DNA of 64,000 bases from Paramuribaculum sp. (GTDB lineage Bacteria > Bacteroidota > Bacteroidia > Bacteroidales > Muribaculaceae): NCBI GenBank assembly GCA_045602165.1, contig JAZSAZ010000008.1, positions 61,152 to 125,151 of the forward strand, in the 5' to 3' direction. Numbering within the stretch: the stretch's first letter is position 1; each line of letters opens with the position of its first letter. Made by a program: the position numbers and the translations under genes. Below the pieces are notes generated by a model. That model had not been told where the DNA came from. It searched no databases and saw nothing but the letters and a program-made list of their open reading frames with translations. Below are positions 40,211 to 49,458 of the stretch, one piece after another.

Positions 40211-40274
40211 TAGTCACTATGACACTCTCTTCGCAACAAACTAAACACAAAACACCTATCTATATTGATTATAT

Positions 40275-41945
40275 ATGAAAAAACAATTATCCATTGCACT
40301 CATTGCTGCTATTGCCATGCCTGCAGTCGCACAAACAGCAATAGATGCTTACCAGTTATCGCGTAGCGACTTACATGGCACAGCTCGCTACATGTCAATG
40401 GGCGGTGCATTTGGTGCGCTCGGAGGTGACTTATCAACACTCAACAATAATCCCGGCGGCATTGGTGTGTATCGCAAAAGCGAAATCGGGTTTACTCTCG
40501 ACCTTGATATGCAGAACGCCACAACCACAAGCACACTCGACAAAGTGAAAACCTCACAGACCAAGGTTGGCATAAATAATGTGGGCTACGTTGGCTCATA
40601 TTTCACACAAAATGATATTATGCCAATTTTCAACTGGGGCTTCTCCTATAGTCGCGTATCCTCATTTGACCGCAGATATAAAGGCTCATTGGATATGAAT
40701 GGTTCACTTTCCAATCTCATTGCCGGATACACCTCGGCCGAAGGATACACCGGTGATGATCTTGCCGGAACCGACGACAATTATGCATGGGGCAATGCTC
40801 CACTATTGAGCATGATTGGATATAACTCCTACATTATCAATCCAATTGGAGGCACTAATCAATATAGCGGTTTATGGGAAGATGGTGCCACATATGGTGT
40901 TTCCGACTTCAATGTTGAAGAGAAAGGCTATGTTGATGAATATGAAATCACACTTGGTGGGAACATTAACAATATTGTTTATTGGGGATTGGGTGTAGGC
41001 ATAACCGACATTCTATATTCTCGCGCAACAGACTATGCCGAATACACAGATTGGGCGCGACTCCCTGTTCTTCAAAATGGAGAGCCTGTATCGGGAGGTC
41101 CGGCTCAAATTGTGGACCAACATGGCAATGTTGAGGATTCCGGATTTGACTTGAACAGCTTTAAACGCATCACCGGATCAGGTGTAAATGTTAAGTTTGG
41201 TTTAATCGTCAAACCGATTAATGAACTTCGCATTGGCTTTGCAGTTCACACCCCCACGTGGTACAATCTCACTCAAATCGAAGATGCATCTGTGCGCTCA
41301 TACTACGGCTATAAATACGATAACCAATTAGGAGAATATCAAGGACCCACCATCGTTGATGCATACTCACCTTATGTTCCTGCCGATGGCTATGATTGGA
41401 AGCTAAAAACTCCTTGGAGAATGATTATCAGTGCAGCCGGTGTGATTGGTTCTAAAGCAATCATCAGCGCCGACTACGAATATCGCCCATATCAAGATAT
41501 GTCGGCAAAATACAATGATGGCGAAAGCAGCGACTACACTAACGAAGACATTAAGAGTTACTACAATGCTGCTAATATTCTTCGTCTTGGTGCAGAATAT
41601 AGAGTAACGCCTAATTTCAGTCTCCGCGCCGGTTATATCTATGAATCCACCCCAACAAAAACGGAAGTAAGCAACAATCAAACAGAAATCTACACATCGC
41701 CCTACGATACCGGTGTTCCCGGATTAACACCTTCTTACACCTTTGACAATTCTTCGCAGTACATCACCTGCGGAATTGGTTATCGCTACAAGAGTGTTTA
41801 TGTAGATGCAGCTTATGTCCACAAATCACAAAAGAGTGTGTTCTCTCCCTATACCGGAGCCACCCCCTACACCGAAAACCCCTATACAGCTGAAGTTAAA
41901 GATAGCAACAACAAAGTTGTGCTCAGCATTGGATTCAAATTTTAA
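40275..41945 (+). CDS. OmpP1/FadL-family outer membrane protein
   Basis: Signal peptide; GTARYMSMGGAFGALGGD.S....NPGG; C-terminal Phe (SIGFKF). Confidence 0.85.
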   Translation: MKKQLSIALIAAIAMPAVAQTAIDAYQLSRSDLHGTARYMSMGGAFGALGGDLSTLNNNPGGIGVYRKSEIGFTLDLDMQNATTTSTLDKVKTSQTKVGINNVGYVGSYFTQNDIMPIFNWGFSYSRVSSFDRRYKGSLDMNGSLSNLIAGYTSAEGYTGDDLAGTDDNYAWGNAPLLSMIGYNSYIINPIGGTNQYSGLWEDGATYGVSDFNVEEKGYVDEYEITLGGNINNIVYWGLGVGITDILYSRATDYAEYTDWARLPVLQNGEPVSGGPAQIVDQHGNVEDSGFDLNSFKRITGSGVNVKFGLIVKPINELRIGFAVHTPTWYNLTQIEDASVRSYYGYKYDNQLGEYQGPTIVDAYSPYVPADGYDWKLKTPWRMIISAAGVIGSKAIISADYEYRPYQDMSAKYNDGESSDYTNEDIKSYYNAANILRLGAEYRVTPNFSLRAGYIYESTPTKTEVSNNQTEIYTSPYDTGVPGLTPSYTFDNSSQYITCGIGYRYKSVYVDAAYVHKSQKSVFSPYTGATPYTENPYTAEVKDSNNKVVLSIGFKF

Positions 41946-41964
41946 AAAACCTATAGACACTATA

Positions 41965-41993
41965 AGGGCAGCGAAAATTCAAATCGCTGCCCT
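41965..41993. terminator. Bidirectional terminator between the FadL-like gene and Lrp
   Basis: AGGGCAGCGA pairs with TCGCTGCCCT, with A/T-rich flanks. Confidence 0.75.
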
Positions 41994-42026
41994 ATTTCTT
42001 TTAGGCTGTTTCGCCTCACTAAAAAG

Positions 42027-42491
42027 CTAAATCATCACTAGGGTTTGCTTTATGTCCTCCATCACAAAAACACTTTGCACAGAATCGAGCATTGAAAGAC
42101 GTCCAAGGCGTTCGGTCACAAAGTGTCGATAGGCCTTCATGTCGGGGACTTGAACTTTTAATATATAGTCAAATCCGCCCGAGACATTGTAACACTCCGA
42201 CACCTCGTTCATTTTCATCACCTCTCCGGCAAATTCAGTGTGAATCTCAGTGTTGATATGGCGCAACTTTACATTACAAAACACTGTGAATCCTCGCCCT
42301 ATTTTATTTTGGTCAATCACAGCCGTATAGGACTTAATCACACCCTCCGATTCTAATCGGCGAAGTCGTTCAAACACAGGGGTAGTTGAGCGATGCACCT
42401 TTGCCGCAAGCTCGCGCACCGACAAGCGACCATCAATTTGCAGCGCACGCAAAATGTCAATATCAGTTGAATCTAATTCCTTCATGCTCAT
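42027..42491 (-). CDS. Lrp/AsnC-family transcriptional regulator, divergent from the met operon
   Basis: LDSTDIDILRALQ.DGR, an HTH, RLRRLESEGVI and ECYNVSGGFDY. Confidence 0.94.
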   Translation of the reverse strand: MSMKELDSTDIDILRALQIDGRLSVRELAAKVHRSTTPVFERLRRLESEGVIKSYTAVIDQNKIGRGFTVFCNVKLRHINTEIHTEFAGEVMKMNEVSECYNVSGGFDYILKVQVPDMKAYRHFVTERLGRLSMLDSVQSVFVMEDIKQTLVMI

Positions 42492-42511
42492 AATTTGTTC
42501 TATTCACACTG

Positions 42512-42519
42512 CAAATATA
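42512..42519 (-). promoter_or_regulatory. -7 promoter box (TATATTTG) for Lrp
   Basis: Consensus match. Confidence 0.7.
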
Positions 42520-42613
42520 CAAATAATAAGAACAAAACACACAGCAAAACCTATATAAAAAGAACAAACAAACTAAAATTTAAAAGACAATAGGCAATCG
42601 CGTTTGTAAAGCG

Positions 42614-42621
42614 TAACTTTG
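42614..42621 (+). promoter_or_regulatory. -7 promoter box (TAACTTTG) for metY-metF-metH
   Basis: Consensus match. Confidence 0.7.
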
Positions 42622-42641
42622 CACCATAAAATAATAAGAAA

Positions 42642-43928
42642 ATGGTCAACAATAAACTTCACTTTGAAACCCTTCAGCTTCATGCCGGAAAAGAATTTAA
42701 TTCAAGTCCAAGCGGAGCATGTGCGGTGCCAATATACCAAACAGCAGCTTATCTTTTTGATAGTTCATCGGCCGCAGCCGATAGATTTTCACTAAAAGAA
42801 CCCGGCTGCATCTACACTCGATTAAATAATCCCACTCAAGAGGTGCTCGAACAGCGCATTTGCAGCCTTGAAGGCGGGCGCAGAGCATTGGCTGTTGCAT
42901 CAGGAGCCGCCGCAGTGACCTACGCACTTGAGAATGTGTTGCTGCCAGGCGACCACATTGTAGCAGGAGACAATCTCTATGGTGGTTCTTTTAATCTTAT
43001 CACTCACACTCTTGCCTCTCGCGGCATTGAGTTCACAATAGTTAATCTAAATAATAGCGAAACTCTCAAGCAAGCCATCAAACCAAACACAAAAGTGGTT
43101 TACGGCGAAACTTTCGGCAATCCGAACAGTGATGTGACCGACTTGGACACAATCGCAGCTATCGCCCACCAAGCAAATGCCTTGTTTATCATCGACAACA
43201 CATTTGCAACCCCCTATCTAATGCGACCAATAGAGCATGGCGCCGACGTTGTGGTTCACTCGGCAACAAAATTTATTGGAGGCCACGGCACAAGCCTTGG
43301 AGGACTGATTATTGATGCGGGAAGTTTTGATTTTAAGGCCAACGCTGATAAATTCCCCACAATAGCTCAACCCGACCCCAGCTATCACGGTGCAATTTTT
43401 GCAGACGCCGCTCCGGAGGCTCCATTTGTGTCACGCATTCGCTCAGTGGTGCTCCGCGATGAAGGAGCTTGCATCTCTCCATTCAATGCATTTTTGCTCC
43501 TTCAGGGGATTGAGACACTGTCACTGCGAGTGGATCGCCACGTTGAAAATGCTCTAAAGATTGTTGAGTTCTTATCAAAACATCCACGGGTGAAATCTGT
43601 CAGCCACCCATCACTCCCCTCTCATCCCGACCATGAACTTTACAAAAAAATGTATCCCAACGGAGCCGGGAGCATATTCACATTTGAGATTAATGGGGAC
43701 CAAAACGATGCTTGGCATTTTACCGATGCGCTGAAGATTTTTTCACTTCTGGCCAATGTTGCCGACTCAAAAAGTCTTGTAATACATCCGGCATCAACCA
43801 CTCATTCTCAAATGACACCGGATGAATTAAAAACAGCCCACATTTCACCATCAACAATACGTTTAAGTATCGGCACAGAACATGTTGACGATCTTATTGC
43901 CGACCTTAAACAAGCTCTCAACTTCTAA
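42642..43928 (+). CDS. metY: O-acetylhomoserine aminocarboxypropyltransferase (sulfhydrylase)
   Basis: Motifs PIYQTAAY, YTRLNNPT, the PLP lysine motif HSATKFIGGHG, and LANVADSKSLVIHPASTTH. Confidence 0.9.
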   Translation: MVNNKLHFETLQLHAGKEFNSSPSGACAVPIYQTAAYLFDSSSAAADRFSLKEPGCIYTRLNNPTQEVLEQRICSLEGGRRALAVASGAAAVTYALENVLLPGDHIVAGDNLYGGSFNLITHTLASRGIEFTIVNLNNSETLKQAIKPNTKVVYGETFGNPNSDVTDLDTIAAIAHQANALFIIDNTFATPYLMRPIEHGADVVVHSATKFIGGHGTSLGGLIIDAGSFDFKANADKFPTIAQPDPSYHGAIFADAAPEAPFVSRIRSVVLRDEGACISPFNAFLLLQGIETLSLRVDRHVENALKIVEFLSKHPRVKSVSHPSLPSHPDHELYKKMYPNGAGSIFTFEINGDQNDAWHFTDALKIFSLLANVADSKSLVIHPASTTHSQMTPDELKTAHISPSTIRLSIGTEHVDDLIADLKQALNF

Positions 43929-43942
43929 TCACGCTAACCCCT

Positions 43943-44905
43943 ATGAACAATAATAGTGTAGCCGAATTCTTGGCATCCGAACACCCCACAGCACTATCTT
44001 TTGAGATACTTCCACCTGTACGCGGCGGAAATATTGAAAAAACGATTGAAAGCATTCGTCCTTTGATAGAATTTTCACCGGCATATATAAATATCACTAC
44101 ACATCGCAACGAGGTGACCTACACCCACGTGGGAGGCGGCTCTTACCGAGCTTGCACTGCACAAAAACGCCCCGGCACAGTAGCAATTGCAGCGATGATT
44201 CGTGAGCGATTCGGAGTGCGCCCTGTGCCACATATCATCTGCGGTGATTATAGCCGCCGGGAGATTGAGGACCAACTGATAGACCTCTCATATCTTGGCA
44301 TTACAGATGTGTTGGCTCTTCGTGGCGACCGCGAACGCAATGCAGCCACATTCACCACCAGCCCAGATGGCCACACCCATGCATCATCCCTTGCCCGTCA
44401 AATTGTGGATTTCAATAATGGCACACTCGCCGATGGCAGCACTATGACTCCCCCCACAACCAAATTTTCATTTGGCGTTGCAGGCTATCCTGAAAAACAC
44501 GAGGAAGCAATGAACCTGCAAACAGATTTGTCCCATCTAAAAGAAAAAATTGACTGCGGAGCCTCATATATTGTCACCCAAATGTTTTTTGACAACTCAC
44601 GCTTCTTTGAATTCAGAGAACGCTGCCGTGAAAATGGGATCACAGTGCCTATCGTACCGGGCATTAAACCATTGACATCCCTCCGTCAAATGTCACTTCT
44701 GCCAAGAATATTCCACATTGACTTCCCAACTGAATTGTCAGAATTGTTAATCAAATGCAAAACCGATGATGACGTTAGAGCCCTCGGTATTGAATGGGCA
44801 ACAAAACAAGCCCGCGAACTTAAAAACGCCGGAGTGCCAAGCATACATTTCTACGCTATGCATGCAGCTCAAAGTGTTGCAGAAATAGCTCGAAACGTCT
44901 ATTGA
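43943..44905 (+). CDS. metF: Methylenetetrahydrofolate reductase
   Basis: Motifs SFEILPP, PHIIC, LALRGD, VAGYPEKH and IVTQMFFD. Confidence 0.95.
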   Translation: MNNNSVAEFLASEHPTALSFEILPPVRGGNIEKTIESIRPLIEFSPAYINITTHRNEVTYTHVGGGSYRACTAQKRPGTVAIAAMIRERFGVRPVPHIICGDYSRREIEDQLIDLSYLGITDVLALRGDRERNAATFTTSPDGHTHASSLARQIVDFNNGTLADGSTMTPPTTKFSFGVAGYPEKHEEAMNLQTDLSHLKEKIDCGASYIVTQMFFDNSRFFEFRERCRENGITVPIVPGIKPLTSLRQMSLLPRIFHIDFPTELSELLIKCKTDDDVRALGIEWATKQARELKNAGVPSIHFYAMHAAQSVAEIARNVY

Positions 44906-44915
44906 TTAAAAAAAA

Positions 44916-47900
44916 ATGAATACCCCCAAAGAAAATATAGCCGGCCGACTGAGCAAGCATGTTCTCCTTCTTGATGGTTCAATGGGAGTGATGATTCAAA
45001 CCAAGAACCTTGAGGAATCAGAGTTCAGAGGTTCAATTCTAAAGAATCACCCCCAAACATTAAAAGGGAACAACGACATTCTCTGCCTAACAGCGCCTGA
45101 GGTAATTGCCTCTATCCATCGCAGCTACCTCGAGGCCGGAGCCGACATTATCGAAACCAACACATTCAATGCCACTGTTCTGTCACAGAAAGAATACGGC
45201 ACTGAACACTTAGTGGCGGAAATCAATCTTGCAGGAGCAAAAATAGCGAAAGCCGAGGCAGAGAAATATTCTACATCAGAACATCCACGCTATGTGGCCG
45301 GGGCAATGGGCCCAACAGGGATTGCCGCTTCAATGTCGGCCGATATTAACAATCCGGCGTCCCGCTCAATCTCTTTTGGTGAGATGTCCAATGCTTTCCG
45401 CCAACAAGCAAAAGCTCTGATTGAAGGGGGCGTTGACATCCTATTGATAGAAACGATCTTTGATTCTCTCAATGCCAAAGCCGCTATTGATGGAGCTCAA
45501 AAAGCTATGTCTGAGCTAAATGTGCAGATTCCGATAATACTATCCATTACCATATCTGATCAATCAGGCCGAATCCTATCCGGACACACCCCCGAAGCAT
45601 TCATTTCAATTATAAGCCATGCATCACCCCTGGCTGTGGGATTCAACTGTTCCGGAGGGCCGGCTAATTTAGCGCCATTTGCACGGCAATTATCGGCAAT
45701 TTCGCCATTCCCCACAATCCTATACCCCAACTTGGGATTACCCGATTCACTGGGACGATACACCGAAACGACCGACACTTTCATTGCAGCCATAAAGCCA
45801 TTGCTTAAAGACCGAGTGCTGAATATCATTGGTGGCTGCTGCGGCACCTCTGCCGAGCAGATTGCTGCACTGCGTAAAGTTATCGACGAAGAAACTGAGC
45901 CTCGCAAGGCCGCGTCAACAGCCACACCCTGGCTTGCCGGATTAGATGCTTTTTATGACGATCGCGGATTCATAAACATAGGCGAGCGCTGCAATGTGGC
46001 CGGTAGCCGCAAATTCCTACGATTAATCAGTGAGAAATCATATGATGAGGCTGTTGCAATTGCACGAAAACAAGTGGCCGACGGAGCAATGATTCTTGAC
46101 ATCAACATTGACGATGGACTGCTTGATTCAAAAGCCGAGATGATTAATTTTCTCCGCTTGCTAAGCTCCGATCCGGGAGTTGCATCAGTGCCATGGATGA
46201 TTGATTCTTCAGATTTTGATGTTATTCTATCGGCATTAGAAAACACCCCCGGCAGAGCTATCGTCAACTCAATTTCATTGAAACATGGCGAAAATGAATT
46301 TTTGCATCAAGCCAAAGCAATTAAGGAGCATGGTGCAGCCGTGGTGGTCATGGCCTTTGATGAAAATGGGCAGGCCACAACATATGAGCAAAAAATAGCC
46401 ATCTGTTCTCGTGCCTATAAACTATTGACAGAAAAAGCCGGCTTTGATGCTCGCGACATTATATTTGACCCCAATGTACTCACTATTGCCACCGGCATGC
46501 CTGAGCATGACCGCTACGCGCTTGACTTCATAAGAGCCATTGAATGGATACACACCAACCTTCCGGGAGCTAAAACAAGTGGCGGATTGAGCAATCTATC
46601 ATTTGCATTCCGAGGTAATAATTATTTGCGCCAAGCAATGCATGCAGTGTTCCTATATCACGCAATTCGCGCCGGAATGTCAATGGCAATCATGGACCCT
46701 GCAACCAAGGTGACCTATGATGCTATTCCTGGAGACCTACTCACACTGCTCGAAGATGCAATTCTTTGTCGCAGAGCAGACGCGGCCGAACGACTTATCG
46801 AACAAGCATCAAGCTATGCTGCTGAAAAGAAAACAGAATCGGCTACAGAGAACACCGATCAAAGCACACTTTCAGTTGACAAGCGATTAGAGAATGCCCT
46901 TGTTAGAGGGGATGAAACGACACTTGAATCCGACATTGCAGAAGCCGTTGCGGAATTTGGATCGGCCAATGCTGTGGTTGAAGGGCCCTTGATGGCCGGA
47001 ATGGAACGAGTGGGACAACTCTTTGAATGTGGCAAAATGTTCCTACCACAAGTTGTCAAAAGCGCACGAACAATGCACCATGCCGTTGAAATTCTCCGAC
47101 CTCAGCTTGAAGCAGGTAAGCGCGCAGGAGTCAACAAAGGCACCTTCCTTGTTGCAACAGTAAAAGGCGATGTTCACGATATTGGGAAGAATATAGCATC
47201 CGTAGTGTTGCGCTGCAACAATTTCAATGTTATAGACCTTGGAGTGCAAGTTGAGGCCCACACCATTGTGGAAGCAGCCTTAAAACATAAGCCGCAATTT
47301 ATAGGGCTTAGCGGGTTAATCTCCCCCTCACTTGGCGAAATGGTTAATGTGGCCACCGCTTTGCGAAATGCCGGAATTGACACTCCGCTATTTGTTGGCG
47401 GGGCAGCCACATCGGAAATTCACACAGCAATCAAAATTGCACCGGCCTATGGCTCGGGGACTGTGGTTCGCGTGGCCGATGCCTCACAAAATCCCGTTAT
47501 AGCCACTCGGCTACTAAATGACTACGACGAAGAATCCCAACAAATAAAAGCTCGACAACAGAAGCTCAGAGAGAGCGATTCGCGACCAAAGGCAATTGCC
47601 TCCAACAACTACAGTCCGAAATTGCCAACAGCCGAAGAGGTTGCCATTGCACCATCATTCTTGGGGGTAAAAACACTTGAAGAACCTCAAGTCAAAGATG
47701 TTGTGCCATTCATTAATTGGACCTACTTCTATCACTGTTGGAAAACAGTGCCTAATAGTGCAGCAGCAGAAGAATTGCGCCGTGATGCCGAGTCTCTATT
47801 AAACGAAATAATTGCACTCGGAGCCACAATGCGTTGTCGAATAGGATTTTTTGAAGCACACTCCAAAGCCGATAATATTATAGTAAAAACACCCAATGGA

Positions 47901-48404
47901 GATATCACAATAGCAACACCACGCCAAGAGCCAAAAGAGAATCGAAAAGCGCTTCATGCACTTGCCGATTTTATTGCTCCCAAAGGGCTGAATGACCACA
48001 TTGGTTGCTTCACTATAACAATCGGAGAGGCCCTACGCACAATGCTCGCAGAATGTGACTTTGAAAACGACAGCTATCGCCATCTGCTGATTCAATCCGT
48101 TTGCGACCGACTGGCTGAAGCTACTTCAGAATGGCTACACTATCATGTTCGCACCAAACTTTGGGGCTACTCACCGGAAGAAGAACTTGATTTCACAGCA
48201 ATCCGTCAAGGGAAATATCAAGGCATACGTCCGGCTATTGGCTATCCCTCCTTACCCGACCAGATGTTGATGCACACGCTCAACCTACTAATCGATTTTG
48301 AGGCAATTGGAATCACTCCCACAGAGAATGGGGCCCTCACCCCCTCCTCAACCGTGGCCGGGCTCTACATCAGTTCACCACGCTCATGCTATTTCAGCAT
48401 CTAA
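44916..48404 (+). CDS. metH: Cobalamin-dependent methionine synthase
   Basis: LLDGSMG, GFNCS and GGCC (Zn site), IGERCNVAGSRKF, the B12 motif GDVHDIGKN, and GIRPAIGYPSLPD. Confidence 0.97.
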   Translation: MNTPKENIAGRLSKHVLLLDGSMGVMIQTKNLEESEFRGSILKNHPQTLKGNNDILCLTAPEVIASIHRSYLEAGADIIETNTFNATVLSQKEYGTEHLVAEINLAGAKIAKAEAEKYSTSEHPRYVAGAMGPTGIAASMSADINNPASRSISFGEMSNAFRQQAKALIEGGVDILLIETIFDSLNAKAAIDGAQKAMSELNVQIPIILSITISDQSGRILSGHTPEAFISIISHASPLAVGFNCSGGPANLAPFARQLSAISPFPTILYPNLGLPDSLGRYTETTDTFIAAIKPLLKDRVLNIIGGCCGTSAEQIAALRKVIDEETEPRKAASTATPWLAGLDAFYDDRGFINIGERCNVAGSRKFLRLISEKSYDEAVAIARKQVADGAMILDINIDDGLLDSKAEMINFLRLLSSDPGVASVPWMIDSSDFDVILSALENTPGRAIVNSISLKHGENEFLHQAKAIKEHGAAVVVMAFDENGQATTYEQKIAICSRAYKLLTEKAGFDARDIIFDPNVLTIATGMPEHDRYALDFIRAIEWIHTNLPGAKTSGGLSNLSFAFRGNNYLRQAMHAVFLYHAIRAGMSMAIMDPATKVTYDAIPGDLLTLLEDAILCRRADAAERLIEQASSYAAEKKTESATENTDQSTLSVDKRLENALVRGDETTLESDIAEAVAEFGSANAVVEGPLMAGMERVGQLFECGKMFLPQVVKSARTMHHAVEILRPQLEAGKRAGVNKGTFLVATVKGDVHDIGKNIASVVLRCNNFNVIDLGVQVEAHTIVEAALKHKPQFIGLSGLISPSLGEMVNVATALRNAGIDTPLFVGGAATSEIHTAIKIAPAYGSGTVVRVADASQNPVIATRLLNDYDEESQQIKARQQKLRESDSRPKAIASNNYSPKLPTAEEVAIAPSFLGVKTLEEPQVKDVVPFINWTYFYHCWKTVPNSAAAEELRRDAESLLNEIIALGATMRCRIGFFEAHSKADNIIVKTPNGDITIATPRQEPKENRKALHALADFIAPKGLNDHIGCFTITIGEALRTMLAECDFENDSYRHLLIQSVCDRLAEATSEWLHYHVRTKLWGYSPEEELDFTAIRQGKYQGIRPAIGYPSLPDQMLMHTLNLLIDFEAIGITPTENGALTPSSTVAGLYISSPRSCYFSI

Positions 48405-48416
48405 AGTGAATCAAAT

Positions 48417-48459
48417 AATAAGCGAAGCTGTGCCTCTCTCGGGCACAGCTTCGCTTATT
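48417..48459. terminator. Bidirectional terminator between metH and the nitroreductase gene
   Basis: 18-bp stem: AATAAGCGAAGCTGTGCC pairs with GGCACAGCTTCGCTTATT. Confidence 0.85.
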
Positions 48460-48476
48460 TTATGCACACTAATTTA

Positions 48477-49223
48477 TCAAAATCCTGCCGACTCTATAAA
48501 TTCTTTATATAAGCGTGAGAAATATTCGTTATCAGCAGCTTTATAGCGAATATCGGTGAAAACCTGAGCAAGAGTTTCTTTCCCATTTTCAGCAACAAAC
48601 TTGCTATTTTCAGGAAGCGATTCTTTGTAGGAATATACTTTGCGAATATCATCATCCGAGTAATCAGAATATTTTTCCGAGTGAACAATAGATTCAATAG
48701 GCAATCTATCGGTCAATTTCCCATTCTGGTCTTTAGGATAACCGAGAGCTACAGTAACCACCGGCACAACACGCGACGGCAATTCAAGAACGGCGGCTAT
48801 TTGAGCTGCATTGTAGGTAGTGGTGCCAAGATAGCATGTGCCCAACGAATTCATTTCAGCTATAGTACAAAATTGCTGTGCAAATATTGTGGCATCGATA
48901 ACACCCCACACAAAGGCTTGGAAATTATTATAACCCGGAGTGGCATTGCTGATTCTACACCAGTGTTCAAAACGATTAAAATCCACACAGAATGTAACCA
49001 TAGCAGCACATCCGGTTGAAGCCGGCTGATTGAAATGGGCCGGAGCCAAAGCCTTTATACCCTCTGCCGACCGAGTTACGACGGCCGAGTATAATTGCAT
49101 ATTACCGGTGTTGGGAGCATGCGATGCCGCATCAAGCATCTCAGCAATTAATTTCGATGAGACTTCTTTGGCAGAGAAATTGCGCACTGTGTAGCGATTG
49201 AGAAAATATTGTTTTTCCAACAT
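48477..49223 (-). CDS. Nitroreductase family protein (NfsA/Frp-like flavin reductase)
   Basis: Motifs RYTVRNFS, APNTGNMQ, CYLGTT and LGYP...DRLP. Start moved to ATG 49223, downstream of the -7 box. Confidence 0.9.
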   Translation of the reverse strand: MLEKQYFLNRYTVRNFSAKEVSSKLIAEMLDAASHAPNTGNMQLYSAVVTRSAEGIKALAPAHFNQPASTGCAAMVTFCVDFNRFEHWCRISNATPGYNNFQAFVWGVIDATIFAQQFCTIAEMNSLGTCYLGTTTYNAAQIAAVLELPSRVVPVVTVALGYPKDQNGKLTDRLPIESIVHSEKYSDYSDDDIRKVYSYKESLPENSKFVAENGKETLAQVFTDIRYKAADNEYFSRLYKEFIESAGF

Positions 49224-49246
49224 AATCAAGTATTTTTTTATTTCCC

Positions 49247-49254
49247 CAAAATTA
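49247..49254 (-). promoter_or_regulatory. -7 promoter box (TAATTTTG) for the nitroreductase gene
   Basis: Consensus match. Confidence 0.65.
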
Positions 49255-49458
49255 CAAATCATTTTTCACTTTAGCAATCACAAAAAAACATTATTGAAAA
49301 CTTTAAGCACCATCTCAAAAAGTCAAACAATTAAATATCAACTACATAACATTTTATTTTGGATAACTTTTCAACAATTTGCATTAATCATTTTGTTTTT
49401 TGAAAAATAATCGCAAAATTTGCAATCTCAAAAAAACAACAAACATACCTATCAATCC

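Noticed and set aside
39537-40250. Two ~235-aa alternative-frame ORFs (plus and minus) over the low-complexity gene
   Set aside because: Stop-poor Gly/Arg/Pro codon repeats explain them; the products are repetitive and have no promoter or family signal.
42492-42641. SAM riboswitch upstream of metY-metF-metH
   Set aside because: The short AT-rich spacer holds only two divergent promoters and no aptamer core; control by the divergent Lrp is more plausible.
49263-49458. Cobalamin riboswitch or NrdR box upstream of nrdJ
   Set aside because: The region is very AT-rich with no AGGGAA/B12-box, and I could not identify a convincing NrdR palindrome.
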